From: a virus
Taxonomy: Duplodnaviria > Caudoviricetes
Strand: one strand, 5' to 3'
Virus record (IMG/VR): IMGVR_UViG_3300032265_001645
Location: 1-57,279 of that record
Length of the DNA stretch: 57,279 bases
The notes below the pieces were generated by a model. That model searched no databases. It was given only the letters and a program-made list of their open reading frames with translations, and was not told the origin of the DNA. A program made the position numbers and the translations under genes. Shown in pieces: positions 1-8,966 of this stretch. The first letter of the stretch is position 1; each line of letters begins with the position of its first letter.

Positions 1-87
1 CTACAAAATCATCGCTGAGGGTAAAAGAAAACATGGACACTCCATTTCAAGGGTATAAACGACTATTATCAGATAACAGGAAAAATG

Positions 88-1551
88 TTACTCAAGCCCA
101 TCTGAGAGGATTTGCGATACAGCAGTCTCAGATAGACCTTCATTTGGGAGCTCACGAAGAGATGTGGCTTTATCCCCGAACAAGGCTGACATTACACCGC
201 CAGAGGTCTGGCGCTCTACTGTCATCCTTACAAATTCTTTATTCTCCTCCAATTCCTTCATTTGCTTGACCAATCTAAAGAGTCGATCCATCTCTTGGGA
301 AGTATTTGGGTCAGGATACCCACCATTTAATTCTTCTGCAAATCGTGCAAAAGCAACGCGGGAGCCTTGTATTTCAATCATTGTATTCAATAAACTCTTT
401 AATTGGTCTTTAGTCTTTACCTCAATTGGGAGATTAAAAGCACATGAGTTGTTAGGTTTAAAGGCAGGGCAATTGTTTGCCACAAAGCAGGTGTTACACT
501 GGCGTAGCGATACAGTTGAGCTATTTAATACCGGAACATCTCTAATTGTGGTCTGACCGAACTCATCCTTCTCCATTACGGTCTTGCTAGAAATGCCAAA
601 AACCGGCAGAGGTTGAAGCGATTCTGGGTTTCTTGTCTCTAAATTATTCCGCATGTCTAGGGCCCTGTTATCAGGTTCGACCCCACCTGTTTCCGCTTCT
701 CCTGGATCATCCTTGAACTCACTGTTATCAGATAACAAGGGGTTAAAACCATTATTCAAAGAGTTCTCCAACTGTAGGTATGACCAGATTGCCAGCTTGG
801 TTACTTCATTAGAATCATCGGCTAGGATCAAATTATAGTCTAGCCCAGCATTTTCTATGACTGCCTTATATCGCGCACGAGCTTGATCTTTCATACGCTT
901 AGGATAACGGTGTAGCTTTTTACCGTCCCAAACTATGGTCTCTCCTCTCATCATTGGGGATAACCATGCCAGGGTACTTACCGAGGTAAAGGGGATCTGT
1001 CGTAGGTTCTCTGGGTTCATAAACCCTATGGCGTGGAACTTTGTGCCAAACTGTGTGACAAGAGCTCGTGTAATGCCAGCCAGAGCCTTATCCTCATTAA
1101 TGGACGGACCGTTAATGCCAACATTGGGGTATTTCTTTGCCAGACGATGAAGTTCATTGTGGCCCTGTGTATGATCCCAAATAGGTATAAAACGGTCATG
1201 ACCAAAATCTACCCAAAAGGTCTCTCTAGACTCTTCAAGGTAAGCTTTACCCAGAGATGAGTTGAACTCTATGGCCATATCGATACGGTCGCTGTTTATA
1301 ATAACCCAGTCTTCAAAGTTGGTATCAAACTCAACAAGCTCTTCTTTGGTTAGTTCTTTCTCATTATTGATCTTTGCGGTCACGTATACATGAGTGGCAT
1401 CATCAAAACGATCTGAGATCAAATAGTCTTTAGTTGTGGGTAGGCCACGCTTTACTAGGCGCCAGTAATTGACCCCAATATGCTTTACACCAGCTTCTTC
1501 TAAGAGTTTACGGTGAGATGGGACTTCCCCACCCAAAAATACAATATCCAT
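88..1551 (-). CDS. Hypothetical protein: N-terminal degenerate TGT/DpdA-like TIM barrel, acidic linker, C-terminal Cys4 Zn finger and helical region
   Basis: FHAIG...IPFTSVSTLAW resembles the TGT-like H(L/M)LG...P(F/W)xSxDSxxW signature with the Asp lost; C-terminal CNTCFVANNC...C. The fold call is tentative. Confidence 0.4.
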   Translation of the reverse strand: MDIVFLGGEVPSHRKLLEEAGVKHIGVNYWRLVKRGLPTTKDYLISDRFDDATHVYVTAKINNEKELTKEELVEFDTNFEDWVIINSDRIDMAIEFNSSLGKAYLEESRETFWVDFGHDRFIPIWDHTQGHNELHRLAKKYPNVGINGPSINEDKALAGITRALVTQFGTKFHAIGFMNPENLRQIPFTSVSTLAWLSPMMRGETIVWDGKKLHRYPKRMKDQARARYKAVIENAGLDYNLILADDSNEVTKLAIWSYLQLENSLNNGFNPLLSDNSEFKDDPGEAETGGVEPDNRALDMRNNLETRNPESLQPLPVFGISSKTVMEKDEFGQTTIRDVPVLNSSTVSLRQCNTCFVANNCPAFKPNNSCAFNLPIEVKTKDQLKSLLNTMIEIQGSRVAFARFAEELNGGYPDPNTSQEMDRLFRLVKQMKELEENKEFVRMTVERQTSGGVMSALFGDKATSLRELPNEGLSETAVSQILSDGLE

Positions 1552-1554
1552 CCG

Positions 1555-2019
1555 TTATTCCCATCTATGGGCGGATAGGTCATCAAATGCAAGCTTTGCC
1601 CTAAGCTCTTTTTGGTTTTCCAGCTCTGTTTTAAGCTCATCCCAAGGCTTTACTTGGCGCTTGGTTCTAACAAATTTAGGTGCGGCAAACATTAAAGAGG
1701 TTACGCCAGCCCCGTATGCCTTAGATATACGATCTACATCAGCATCAACAAAAAGCTCAACAACTCCCAAAGATCTCATGACCTGTAGCTGTCGCAGTCT
1801 TAGGTCCTGTCCTTCATAGGCTATAGTGTTATCTAACAAATCTGCATGACCAATAACCATATTAGCGCGAAGCCAATGCTCAGCCTCATCTTTTGTGCCA
1901 TCGGTAGCTATAACTACTCGGTAGCTTGTTAGGAGAACTCGATAAAGCTTTAGACCCTCATGTATTGGATCGCCCACTTCGGTTCGTAGAACTCCATCTA
2001 ACGAAACCAATGCTGTCAT
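1555..2019 (-). CDS. HAD-superfamily-like protein, nucleophile Asp absent
   Basis: LVSLDGVL (motif I, DxDG changed to SxDG), VIATDG (motif II), LFVDAD (motif IV). Confidence 0.6.
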   Translation of the reverse strand: MTALVSLDGVLRTEVGDPIHEGLKLYRVLLTSYRVVIATDGTKDEAEHWLRANMVIGHADLLDNTIAYEGQDLRLRQLQVMRSLGVVELFVDADVDRISKAYGAGVTSLMFAAPKFVRTKRQVKPWDELKTELENQKELRAKLAFDDLSAHRWE

Positions 2020-2948
2020 TTTTTCTTTTGCGCCACTCTTCTAATAAGGGTTCGGGCTGTTGGGAGTTCCACGCCGTATAGATCTAATTGAGTTTCTTTT
2101 TGAAGGTCATCTTTATAACTTTTAATTGCTTTTAAAGCTTGAACTACTCCAGATTTTTTACCTGCTTGCCACCTATAGTTGTGAAAATCATAGTAACCGG
2201 CACCTGTAGAACTAAAAGCCTCTTTACGTCCAGCGTGTATATCATCATACACTGCAACTGCTTGGTCTACGGCTAGCATAAGCCGTCTCTCGGCATTAAT
2301 TCTATACGCATCATTTGGTGCTGCTTTAATATCCGCCAAGGCAAGCTGGTATCTAGATACCAACTCCATAGCAACATTGTAATCACGATTAGACTGTTGT
2401 TCCCAAGCACGTGAAAAAGGTGCGTGATCTGAAGGGCTGGGCTCTACCGTCCAATTATCTTCAGTAAGATCGTAAGCAGCGTACGGGTTAATATCCTTGA
2501 TATCTGACTGAGGGTTGACGTAGTAGGTAAGCTCGTAACCATTCCAACTTTTTGTTTCTGGGAGGAGGTCTTCGTTAAAACCCTCATTGAACATAGAAGC
2601 GATTTCTGCATTAGATAGTCCCGCGTACTCTAGGTTGTGCTGTCTGAATAATGGGTAGTTAATTCCAACTAAACAATCAAGATCACCGGGATCTCGGTGG
2701 GCCGACCATTGATAAGAAACTCCGGAACCAGCAAGCCATACATGTGCCCACTTGCTGGGTCCAGAATATTCAAGAGATAAGTGATCAAATAAAAGTCTGG
2801 TTATATTATTTCTAACCCAAGGCTTTATGCGATTACCCGAAAAAAGGTTTGGATCTAATCCCGCATCAGGCGCGCTGAAGTAAGAGGTTGATCCCGGAGA
2901 GATATCAACCACTTCACCAAATTTAGCCAAAAGCCTGTCTTTGTCCAT
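2016..2948 (-). CDS. Pol beta-superfamily nucleotidyltransferase
   Basis: LAGSGVSYQW...GDLDCLV (hGS...DxD), later ELTYYV strand, C-terminal helical domain. Confidence 0.75.
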   Translation of the reverse strand: MDKDRLLAKFGEVVDISPGSTSYFSAPDAGLDPNLFSGNRIKPWVRNNITRLLFDHLSLEYSGPSKWAHVWLAGSGVSYQWSAHRDPGDLDCLVGINYPLFRQHNLEYAGLSNAEIASMFNEGFNEDLLPETKSWNGYELTYYVNPQSDIKDINPYAAYDLTEDNWTVEPSPSDHAPFSRAWEQQSNRDYNVAMELVSRYQLALADIKAAPNDAYRINAERRLMLAVDQAVAVYDDIHAGRKEAFSSTGAGYYDFHNYRWQAGKKSGVVQALKAIKSYKDDLQKETQLDLYGVELPTARTLIRRVAQKKK

Positions 2949-2981
2949 GGTCTAATTATCTACCTTTTTTGTCGTTACGTC

Positions 2982-3281
2982 TTACTTATTAGGCTCCTGT
3001 GATGCTGGTGGAGATAGGCGAAGAGTGGTGTACTCAGCAGCTGCTTGTGCTGCAAGGTCAAAAAGCACCTCTTGGCAGTAACGACGAACTTCAATTAGTG
3101 TAGCGTCACGTTCAACATCTACCCCTGCAATCGCAGCTTTGTTACGTTCAATGTACATTGTTCCATCAGTATCAACAAGAACTACAAATCCAAACTTAAT
3201 ATTTGGCAATGCGCTCTTTTGATCGTTGGTTGATCCGTCTTCGTTTACAATTGTTGCGTCATCTACTGTTGCTTCTGTCAT
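2982..3281 (-). CDS. Hypothetical protein
   Basis: 99-aa ORF with AGGAG RBS, in operon context. Confidence 0.6.
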   Translation of the reverse strand: MTEATVDDATIVNEDGSTNDQKSALPNIKFGFVVLVDTDGTMYIERNKAAIAGVDVERDATLIEVRRYCQEVLFDLAAQAAAEYTTLRLSPPASQEPNK

Positions 3282-3290
3282 TTGGTGCTC

Positions 3291-3869
3291 CTAATCGTTA
3301 TACATGCCGGCTTGTTTGCGTTTCTTTGTTACTACGAACGACTTCACTACACAGAAGTCACACAGGTAAATACTAGTGGTTGAAACTGGAAGTCCCAACT
3401 CTTTACGATCTGCCTGAGTCTTTGGTACGATCTTCTTGCGGTCTGAGCCATAATCTGCGCACATTCCTGCAGGGCGCAAGTGTAGGTCGTAACACTTCAT
3501 AGCATCTTCACCAAAGGTTGACTTAGTATGATAGTACTCTGGATCAATATCTGCAAGTCCGCCTCCTAGGCCACCTGCTTGCTCACGCAAACTCTTAATA
3601 ATCTGTTTACGTGCAGCTTCTTTGCTCCAGGTTTCACTACCAACTTTAAGAAGAGAGCCCGCATGTTTAACGCCTGCAGATTCATGTTTTTCAATTGCAA
3701 ACTCTAAAGTAATATCGTCATCGGGGTTTCCCTCAAAATCAGGCAGTTCCTCAATGGTTTTACAATCCCAGCAATAAAGCAGACGAATTTTATCGCTATC
3801 GTCCTTTACTTCAATGTATTCCCCGCCGAGATCAGCAGGGCTTTTAGCATTTCCAAATAGATCGCTCAT
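3291..3869 (-). CDS. Hypothetical Cys/His-rich (Zn-binding) protein
   Basis: CWDC, CYDLH...C, CDFC motifs; GAGGGAG RBS. Confidence 0.65.
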   Translation of the reverse strand: MSDLFGNAKSPADLGGEYIEVKDDSDKIRLLYCWDCKTIEELPDFEGNPDDDITLEFAIEKHESAGVKHAGSLLKVGSETWSKEAARKQIIKSLREQAGGLGGGLADIDPEYYHTKSTFGEDAMKCYDLHLRPAGMCADYGSDRKKIVPKTQADRKELGLPVSTTSIYLCDFCVVKSFVVTKKRKQAGMYND

Positions 3870-3898
3870 AGCACTCCCTCAATAGGAGAACTACTCTA

Positions 3899-4501
3899 TC
3901 ACATAGAGCCTTTAATATTAACTTCCTTGGGTTTTGGAGTAGATTTACGTTTTTTTGCCTCTTTTTTTGCCTTTACAGCATAATAGTTCTTTTCGGCAGC
4001 CTCAAGTACTCCACCCAATCTGGCGCTAGTAAAATCTTCTTCGTTTCTTCCAAAAGCAGCCTCTGTTGATAACCCCTGTTCACGCATAAAAGCGGTTCCT
4101 GCAGAGGTTCCTCTTTTTCTTTTTTCTTTTATATAGTTAGGCTGTTCTTTAGCAGCCTCAATTTTTGAACGATTTCTTCCAGGATTTCTAAAAAAGTATC
4201 TTTTAGACTTAGCAGCTATTTCTGCTCCAAGTTGAGTTTGGCCTCCATAAGTATGGCCTTCAGCTTGAAGGGAGCCTTCGTGCCCTATTTCGTTAGATTC
4301 ACCTAAACCGCCTCGCGGCATAGCGTTAAGTCTAGGATTAGAGCCTTCTCCAGAAAGGTTATTAAAATCAGATTTTCCGGTATCGCGTAAATATTTTTCA
4401 TTTGCTTGTTTTGTAGCCGCTAAATGTACTGCTAGGGGTACCGCCCCAGTTACAAGACGCTCGGATTGTTTACCTTTTTTCTCACTCATACTTGCCCTCA
4501 T
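3899..4501 (-). CDS. Basic low-complexity hypothetical protein (start uncertain)
   Basis: Lys/Arg-rich ORF in a tightly packed operon. Confidence 0.55.
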   Translation of the reverse strand: MRASMSEKKGKQSERLVTGAVPLAVHLAATKQANEKYLRDTGKSDFNNLSGEGSNPRLNAMPRGGLGESNEIGHEGSLQAEGHTYGGQTQLGAEIAAKSKRYFFRNPGRNRSKIEAAKEQPNYIKEKRKRGTSAGTAFMREQGLSTEAAFGRNEEDFTSARLGGVLEAAEKNYYAVKAKKEAKKRKSTPKPKEVNIKGSM

Positions 4502-5048
4502 AAATACCTTTAATAGCTTGATTAACTATCTCAGTTCTTTCCTTAGGAGTTCTACGTCGTTTTGCAACTTCCATATTGCGATCGCGATAGGCGCGACCAA
4601 TAGGGGTATCGCTATCTACGGCACTAATAGGCATGGCTCTTTCAGGATCAAGTTGATTAATTTTAATAGTATGGGCTTTTGTCATAGACTCAGGAGCTTG
4701 TCCCACAAGATGCGGGCGACTGCTATTTACTGGCCGCTTACCTTGAAGGCGCTCTCTATTAGCTTTATGTGGGTTAATTGCACGCGTGTCACCATCCATA
4801 GCTCGAAGGTTTTGTGCCATTTTTTTTGTTAAACGTTTAGACACTGGTGTTGCTAAACCACGAGTTTCAGCATTTTTATGTGCTTTTGTTTCACAATTTT
4901 TACATAAAGGAACAATATTGGCTTGAGAACCGTTTTCATCAAGAGAAGTAAGTACAACAGCTTTACGGGCAGGTGCTTCGCAATTAGGACCATGACAAGC
5001 GGAATATGTTTGAGAGGCGCCGCCATCTAAAATACTTTTACGGGCCAT
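4482..5048 (-). CDS. Basic hypothetical protein with N-terminal Cys4 motif
   Basis: CHGPNC...CKNC; start overlaps the upstream stop (TAATG). Confidence 0.6.
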   Translation of the reverse strand: MARKSILDGGASQTYSACHGPNCEAPARKAVVLTSLDENGSQANIVPLCKNCETKAHKNAETRGLATPVSKRLTKKMAQNLRAMDGDTRAINPHKANRERLQGKRPVNSSRPHLVGQAPESMTKAHTIKINQLDPERAMPISAVDSDTPIGRAYRDRNMEVAKRRRTPKERTEIVNQAIKGIYEGKYE

Positions 5049-5218
5049 TACTCGCCCTTCATTTCTTTAAATTTGCGATCTAATAAATTTTTATTATGAA
5101 CAGGGTGAGATGACGGAGCGTCATGTGTTGATCCAATAATAAGATTATCTAAACGTCCGGCCACTGTCTTAACAACTTTAAGAGCTGAGGATTTTTTTAT
5201 TCTCGGCTTTTTAGCCAT
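5048..5218 (-). CDS. Small basic protein (56 aa), missed by the ORF track
   Basis: Manual translation MAKKPRIKKSSALKVV...KEMKGE; AAGGAG RBS; TAATG coupling to the next gene. Confidence 0.6.
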   Translation of the reverse strand: MAKKPRIKKSSALKVVKTVAGRLDNLIIGSTHDAPSSHPVHNKNLLDRKFKEMKGE

Positions 5219-5227
5219 TTTGGCTCC

Positions 5228-5500
5228 TTAAAGAGTTGGGCCCATCTTATTAGTGTATGAGTCTGAGATACGGCGTGTTGAGCTTGTAGCCGTAATTTTT
5301 CCTGGAGACACCTTAGTAGCTGACTCTTGGTCGATGTAGTCATAGTTCCAGTAAGGATTGAGAGCACTGCGATTTGCGCGCACGATCTCATCGCCCATGC
5401 CTGGATCTACCTCTGTATTAGGGCGCACCTTGCGGTACTTGCCATCTGTAGAGCCTTCATTGAGTCCCTCATTTAGTGAGCGTGATTCGTTAGTTGCCAT
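5228..5500 (-). CDS. Hypothetical protein
   Basis: 90-aa ORF with AAGGA RBS. Confidence 0.6.
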   Translation of the reverse strand: MATNESRSLNEGLNEGSTDGKYRKVRPNTEVDPGMGDEIVRANRSALNPYWNYDYIDQESATKVSPGKITATSSTRRISDSYTNKMGPTL

Positions 5501-5514
5501 TATTTATCCTTTTC

Positions 5515-5985
5515 CTATTTCCAGCCGACTTGGCCGTTATTTAAATCACGGTAATGCGATACAGAACTTGCGCCACAGCCAGAACATTTTGATTTAACCA
5601 TTTTACTGTCTTTTGCTGGGGCCCAATGATGTCCTGGATGATCTTTAGTGTGTGCTTTTCTAATTCTGTTTCCATCAGAGTCTACGGTTGAAACGTGTCC
5701 TTTTCCAATGGTGTGCCCCACTGCGCTTCTTTCACTGGGGGTGTTTAGCCCTACTTGACGTTCTATTCCTGATCTAGGGTTGCTTTCGCGTGGAGCCATA
5801 ACATTTCCAGAAGCACGATTATTATCTTTAGCTCTAGGAAACCAGGTACCCACACCACTATCCATAGCTTTTGTATCTATTCTCCCCCATTTAGCTGCGT
5901 CACCGTAAGCTTCCATAGTCTTTTCATGATTACGAACAGACTTAGCTGTGCGACGTGGGTTCATTTCTCTACGTGGCTTAGACAT
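5515..5985 (-). CDS. Basic hypothetical protein
   Basis: TAATG-coupled; His-rich region and CSGC near the C-terminus. Confidence 0.55.
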   Translation of the reverse strand: MSKPRREMNPRRTAKSVRNHEKTMEAYGDAAKWGRIDTKAMDSGVGTWFPRAKDNNRASGNVMAPRESNPRSGIERQVGLNTPSERSAVGHTIGKGHVSTVDSDGNRIRKAHTKDHPGHHWAPAKDSKMVKSKCSGCGASSVSHYRDLNNGQVGWK

Positions 5986-6419
5986 TACTTCTTCTTTTTC
6001 TTTTTTGTCTTAGGAAGAAGTGCGCGTGCACGAGAGGCAGGAGATTTTTTCTTAAGCTTTTCTTTAGCTTCCATCTTTTCTTTAAGTACAGACTCTGTGG
6101 TCTTCTTCTTAATGTTTTCAATCTTTACAGAAGCTTTTTGCTCCCCCATTTTTTTGAAAAGTTCATCAGTAGGGTAACCTTTAGGCTTAGGTTTTTCTGT
6201 TCCTTTAGGGTTTTCTGGGTTTCTATTGTGATTTCTTTTCCCCTCCATAGAAGCATCATACTGCTCGTTATAGTTATTACGAGGTTTAGGATTAGGCGTG
6301 CCTTTATAAGGATGCTTTTTATCGTCCGGATTCATAGGATATTTCTTATCCCTAGCGGACTCATCTTTTTTCTTTTTCTTTGGGTCTTCCCACTCATGAT
6401 TAAACTGTTCGCGTGCCAT
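5985..6419 (-). CDS. Very Lys-rich, probably disordered protein
   Basis: AAGGAAGG RBS; poly-Lys tracts. Confidence 0.6.
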   Translation of the reverse strand: MAREQFNHEWEDPKKKKKDESARDKKYPMNPDDKKHPYKGTPNPKPRNNYNEQYDASMEGKRNHNRNPENPKGTEKPKPKGYPTDELFKKMGEQKASVKIENIKKKTTESVLKEKMEAKEKLKKKSPASRARALLPKTKKKKKK

Positions 6420-6477
6420 AGTAATCCTTCCTTAGATCCTTGTATTTTCCCTTAATTATGACAGATTGTCTGTGTAA

Positions 6478-6657
6478 CTACCGCGGTTTTGCCATTGCGG
6501 CTTTAAGATTCTTTGCGTGCCCACGATTGCGACAGTCTGAGCACTTACCGGTAGACCCGGCAAAGGTTGCTGCTACTGGATCCATAGGTGCTCCGCACCC
6601 AGGGCATTCTTTTGACCCACCGTATGTAGTCTCTGTATAGATCTGCTCGCGTGCCAT
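6478..6657 (-). CDS. Small Zn-ribbon protein (59 aa), missed by the ORF track
   Basis: MAREQIYTETTYGGSKECPGC...KCSDC; TAATG coupling. Confidence 0.65.
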   Translation of the reverse strand: MAREQIYTETTYGGSKECPGCGAPMDPVAATFAGSTGKCSDCRNRGHAKNLKAAMAKPR

Positions 6658-7019
6658 TACCAGAATCCCTGGCCTTGAGCGTTGCGAGCTGTTCCCTGAG
6701 CTCCTGCGGAACCGTAGGTATCCACACGAACTGGGTTTGGTGAAAAGTCTTCATTGACATTTATAACATCTCTGATGCCAAGAGCCCGCGTGCGATAACC
6801 CATTTGAGCTGGAAGAAACTGGATCTGCGGAAGATTTGGTCTAACAATTTCTTGAAGACGATCTCCCGGCATTGTTATAGCATTTAATGCTCTAGAAATT
6901 AAAGACTCTTGAACGCTAGCAAAAGGCCCTAAGTAGTCGTATCTAATCTCTTGTTCATTTGTATCTCCAACAATGGGGCGACCTTTAGAATGGTCATAAA
7001 CGCCGTCAGCTGAGTTCAC
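6657..7019 (-). CDS. Hypothetical protein
   Basis: 120-aa ORF, GTGA overlap with the upstream gene. Confidence 0.6.
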   Translation of the reverse strand: MNSADGVYDHSKGRPIVGDTNEQEIRYDYLGPFASVQESLISRALNAITMPGDRLQEIVRPNLPQIQFLPAQMGYRTRALGIRDVINVNEDFSPNPVRVDTYGSAGAQGTARNAQGQGFW

Positions 7020-7225
7020 TTAATGTCCTCATCAAAGCTAGCTATACGAGAAGCATGGCCCTCGATATGTGCACGTGAAAAACGTGTGTGCCCACCAAAA
7101 GTCTGAACGCCTTGGATGTAGCCTTTTTTGTGCCAGTTACGAATAGTTTTTGGGTCAACCATAAGCCTAACAGCGGCTTCGTGAGAAGTCATGAATGGTT
7201 TTTGAGGTCTTTTGTTTTTTGCCAT
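7016..7225 (-). CDS. BldC-like MerR-family / excisionase-like HTH DNA-binding protein
   Basis: EAAVRLMVDPKTIRNW...TFGGHTRF closely matches the BldC pattern VDPKTVTRW...TLGGHRRY; start reassigned to ATG 7225, just after the upstream stop. Confidence 0.75.
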   Translation of the reverse strand: MAKNKRPQKPFMTSHEAAVRLMVDPKTIRNWHKKGYIQGVQTFGGHTRFSRAHIEGHASRIASFDEDIK

Positions 7226-7226
7226 G

Positions 7227-7772
7227 TTAGTTCCAATGTGGTCGTAGATGAGTAAACTGACGAGAAACTGTTGGGTTAAACTCTGCAGGTACATTAGCGG
7301 AGATGTTTGCTTTACCGTCATTCACAAGGTGTGGGGCTGGAGCTAGCTTCATCTTAGGAGTATTGCGGTTTACTTTCATCGCAATGCCACCATCTATATA
7401 CTCTACTGAGTAAAGGTTTTGCTTTAATCTGCGATCTGGTGCTAATCCTTCGGGCCAAAAATATTGAGCTTGATCAATTCTTTCACCTTTGTGAACACCG
7501 CGTTGATACCCACGTTGGTTCTGTCTATTCTTAAGTGAATCTAAAACTGTGTCTGATGTTGATGATGCGCGACCGCGATCGTCACGACGAGAACGAATAG
7601 TTCCTAGGTAACCATCTGGATACTCTGCCTCTGGGGTACGACCAATACCAAGACGTAGGAAGTCCATATCATTACGAGGAATGACTGGAGTACCGCCACC
7701 GCCTGTGGTCGTGTAAGCACCTACGTAGCCATTGGCTCCGAGGTACTGCCAGTTTTGATGTGCTGAGGGCAT
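7227..7772 (-). CDS. Hypothetical protein, probably leaderless mRNA
   Basis: 181-aa ORF; TAGAAT lies 6 nt upstream of the ATG and there is no SD. Confidence 0.65.
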   Translation of the reverse strand: MPSAHQNWQYLGANGYVGAYTTTGGGGTPVIPRNDMDFLRLGIGRTPEAEYPDGYLGTIRSRRDDRGRASSTSDTVLDSLKNRQNQRGYQRGVHKGERIDQAQYFWPEGLAPDRRLKQNLYSVEYIDGGIAMKVNRNTPKMKLAPAPHLVNDGKANISANVPAEFNPTVSRQFTHLRPHWN

Positions 7773-7778
7773 GCTGTA

Positions 7779-7784
7779 ATTCTA
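7779..7784 (-). promoter_or_regulatory. -10 element (TAGAAT) of a leaderless transcript
   Basis: TANNNT hexamer 6 nt before ATG 7772, directly after a terminator. Confidence 0.55.
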
Positions 7785-7795
7785 CGCCTAAAAGC

Positions 7796-7822
7796 AAAAA
7801 GCGGGAGGGTTTACCTCCCGCT
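7796..7822 (-). terminator. Intrinsic terminator after the lysis genes
   Basis: AGCGGGAGG-taaac-CCTCCCGCT stem followed by a T-rich tail on the minus strand. Confidence 0.8.
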
Positions 7823-7837
7823 ATTTACTTTAATATG

Positions 7838-8032
7838 TTACTTGGATGCGCCAATTCCAAAAGCTGAGTCCTTTGGATTCAATGCACGAAGAAGCGGTCC
7901 AGCAATAGATGCAATAGCCGCACTTGCGAGCGCCTTACCATCGTGATTGCCTGCCATGTAAAGTGCTAGAACCGCTGAGACGGCAGTGCGAGCATATGAA
8001 GCTGCTACTGCTTGGATTGCCTTTGTATTCAT
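7838..8032 (-). CDS. Putative holin
   Basis: 64 aa, two hydrophobic helices, LRALNPKDSAFG C-terminus, immediately downstream of the endolysin. Confidence 0.6.
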   Translation of the reverse strand: MNTKAIQAVAASYARTAVSAVLALYMAGNHDGKALASAAIASIAGPLLRALNPKDSAFGIGASK

Positions 8033-8067
8033 TTTTCCTCTTTCGATAGGGTAGTTATATCTTACAC

Positions 8068-8562
8068 CTAAACTACAGGATATTTTGGCCGGGCAATGCC
8101 CATTACCAAGGAGTAAGCGCGGTGACGAACAAATACACCGTCTCCATTGGCCTGGGAACCACCGGTATGAGATTCGCCTGAGGTGTTTCCTTCTACGGTG
8201 GTTAGGGTTCCCTTACCATCGTTTGATACGACGATACCAACATGTTCTGCTGTATGGACGTCAGCATCAAAATTAAAAAATACGATATCCCCGGCCTGCG
8301 CTTTACCTACTGGGACAATTTGATTATTCTTTTGAAACCATGCAAAGCCTGCATTGCAAGCTGCAAAACCTTTTTTTGTAGAAGCAGCTACTAGTGGCGC
8401 AAGCCCTGCTTCGTCAAAGCATTTAGATACAAACATTGCGCACCAAGGTTGGTGGTTCATTCCGTACCAAATACCAAATACTGTGTCGTTATTTGTTCCT
8501 TCTTTGTAAGCCTGATCAGCGTACTTCTTTGCTGTGGCTACAACCGTTGCTGCGTTGGCCAT
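8068..8562 (-). CDS. Endolysin, CHAP-domain amidase/peptidase
   Basis: PWCAMFVS (catalytic Cys), GDIVFF, HVGIV (His), TVEGNT. Confidence 0.9.
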   Translation of the reverse strand: MANAATVVATAKKYADQAYKEGTNNDTVFGIWYGMNHQPWCAMFVSKCFDEAGLAPLVAASTKKGFAACNAGFAWFQKNNQIVPVGKAQAGDIVFFNFDADVHTAEHVGIVVSNDGKGTLTTVEGNTSGESHTGGSQANGDGVFVRHRAYSLVMGIARPKYPVV

Positions 8563-8870
8563 GAGTGCTCCTCAATATGTTGTTCAAATTTTCCTTCAAG
8601 CTTTGAAACAGTTTGACCAATTTCTACTTGGCCTGCTCTTAGCTCTTGGACTAGTGGTAATATCTGTAACTTTACCACATCTACTAGGGAGCTGCCACCA
8701 TTGTGTCGAAGCTCTATAGAGGCTTCTGCCATAGCTTCTTTAGTTTTTAGCCTGTTTTCTTCTACTACGTGCTGGATTGCTTTCTTTAACACGAACCACA
8801 AACCTCCCCCGATACCGGCAGTTACAAAAAAATAAGAGTAAACAATTGTTGCCCAGTCAGAAGCGGTCAT
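8538..8870 (-). CDS. Single-TM membrane protein with coiled coil (lysis-associated)
   Basis: N-terminal TM, then NGGSSLxD motif and coiled coil; upstream of the endolysin; start set to ATG 8870 (GGAG RBS). Confidence 0.6.
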   Translation of the reverse strand: MTASDWATIVYSYFFVTAGIGGGLWFVLKKAIQHVVEENRLKTKEAMAEASIELRHNGGSSLVDVVKLQILPLVQELRAGQVEIGQTVSKLEGKFEQHIEEHSWPTQQRL

Positions 8871-8966
8871 TAAGTTCTCCGGGGTTTGTAGGTACAGTGA
8901 CACTAATATGCCCTTAATAATACACCTTGTAATGCTAAACTCATGTACTGACAGAAGGAGACTTAG

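Noticed and set aside
88-1551. Confident DpdA call implying 7-deazaguanine DNA modification
   Set aside because: The catalytic Asp motif appears substituted and no precursor-synthesis genes are in the window; kept only as a tentative fold assignment.
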